DNA of 64,000 nt from Felis catus (lineage: Eukaryota): positions 41,852,001 to 41,916,000 of the forward strand of contig NC_058368.1 of assembly GCF_018350175.1 (NCBI RefSeq), in the 5' to 3' direction. The notes beneath the pieces are model-generated. The model ran no database searches, was not told the origin of the DNA, and saw only the letters and a list, made by a program, of their open reading frames with translations. This document shows positions 63,642-64,000 of the stretch, one piece after another; position 1 is the stretch's first letter; each line of letters begins with the position of its first letter. The position numbers were made by a program, and so were the translations under genes.

Positions 63642-63863
63642 GGGGCGCGTGGGTGGCTCAGTCAGTAAAGCGTCTGACTTCGGTTCAGGTTATGATCTCA
63701 CGGTTTGTGAGTTCCAGCCCTGCATTGGGCCGTGCGCTGACAGCTCATGAAGGCTGTTTTGGATTTCTGTGTCTCCCCCCTTCTCTGCCCCCTCCCCGGC
63801 TCGTTTTCTCTCTCTGTCTCTCTGTCTCTCTCAAAAATAAATAAATGTTAAAAAAATTAAAGG
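63642..63863 (+). mobile_element. Can-SINE (SINEC_Fc2-like) inserted at the tail/TSD of the preceding SINE
   Basis: TSD aaaaagaatta at 63631-63641 and 63864-63874. Confidence 0.96.
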
Positions 63864-64000
63864 AAAAAGAATTAGATGCATACAATGAGAATGATTCATA
63901 GAAAAGAGGCATTACTCATTGCCAAATGGATTTTATCAATCGTGTATAAAGACTTGTACTTGATAACATCTATGTGGCATTTAAACAACTTTATTTCACG

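Overview
Mammalian non-coding DNA, AT-rich and repeat-dense, from a felid (cat-family) genome. The assignment rests on 18 tRNA-derived Can-SINEs of felid type and a young felid-type L1 3' end. There is no recognisable protein-coding gene, tRNA/rRNA gene or CRISPR array. The longer ORFs in the six-frame track come from microsatellites, SINEs or L1 ORF2 remnants. The window looks intergenic or deep-intronic and contains L1, L2, MIR, hAT DNA-transposon relics, LTR relics and many STRs. I found no new gene system. The most interesting signals concern retroelement mechanics: a Can-SINE with a 39-bp 3' transduction inside a perfect TSD; two independent old L1 copies with inversions at the same L1 position; an L1 endonuclease-domain fragment inserted into an L1 C-terminus; a GC-rich ERV-like segment containing a 358-bp pure-purine tract with an inverted counterpart 2.8 kb away; nested SINE stacks; and a few candidate non-coding exons. 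Repeat subfamily names are from recalled consensus sequences, not from a search, and boundaries of old repeats are approximate.
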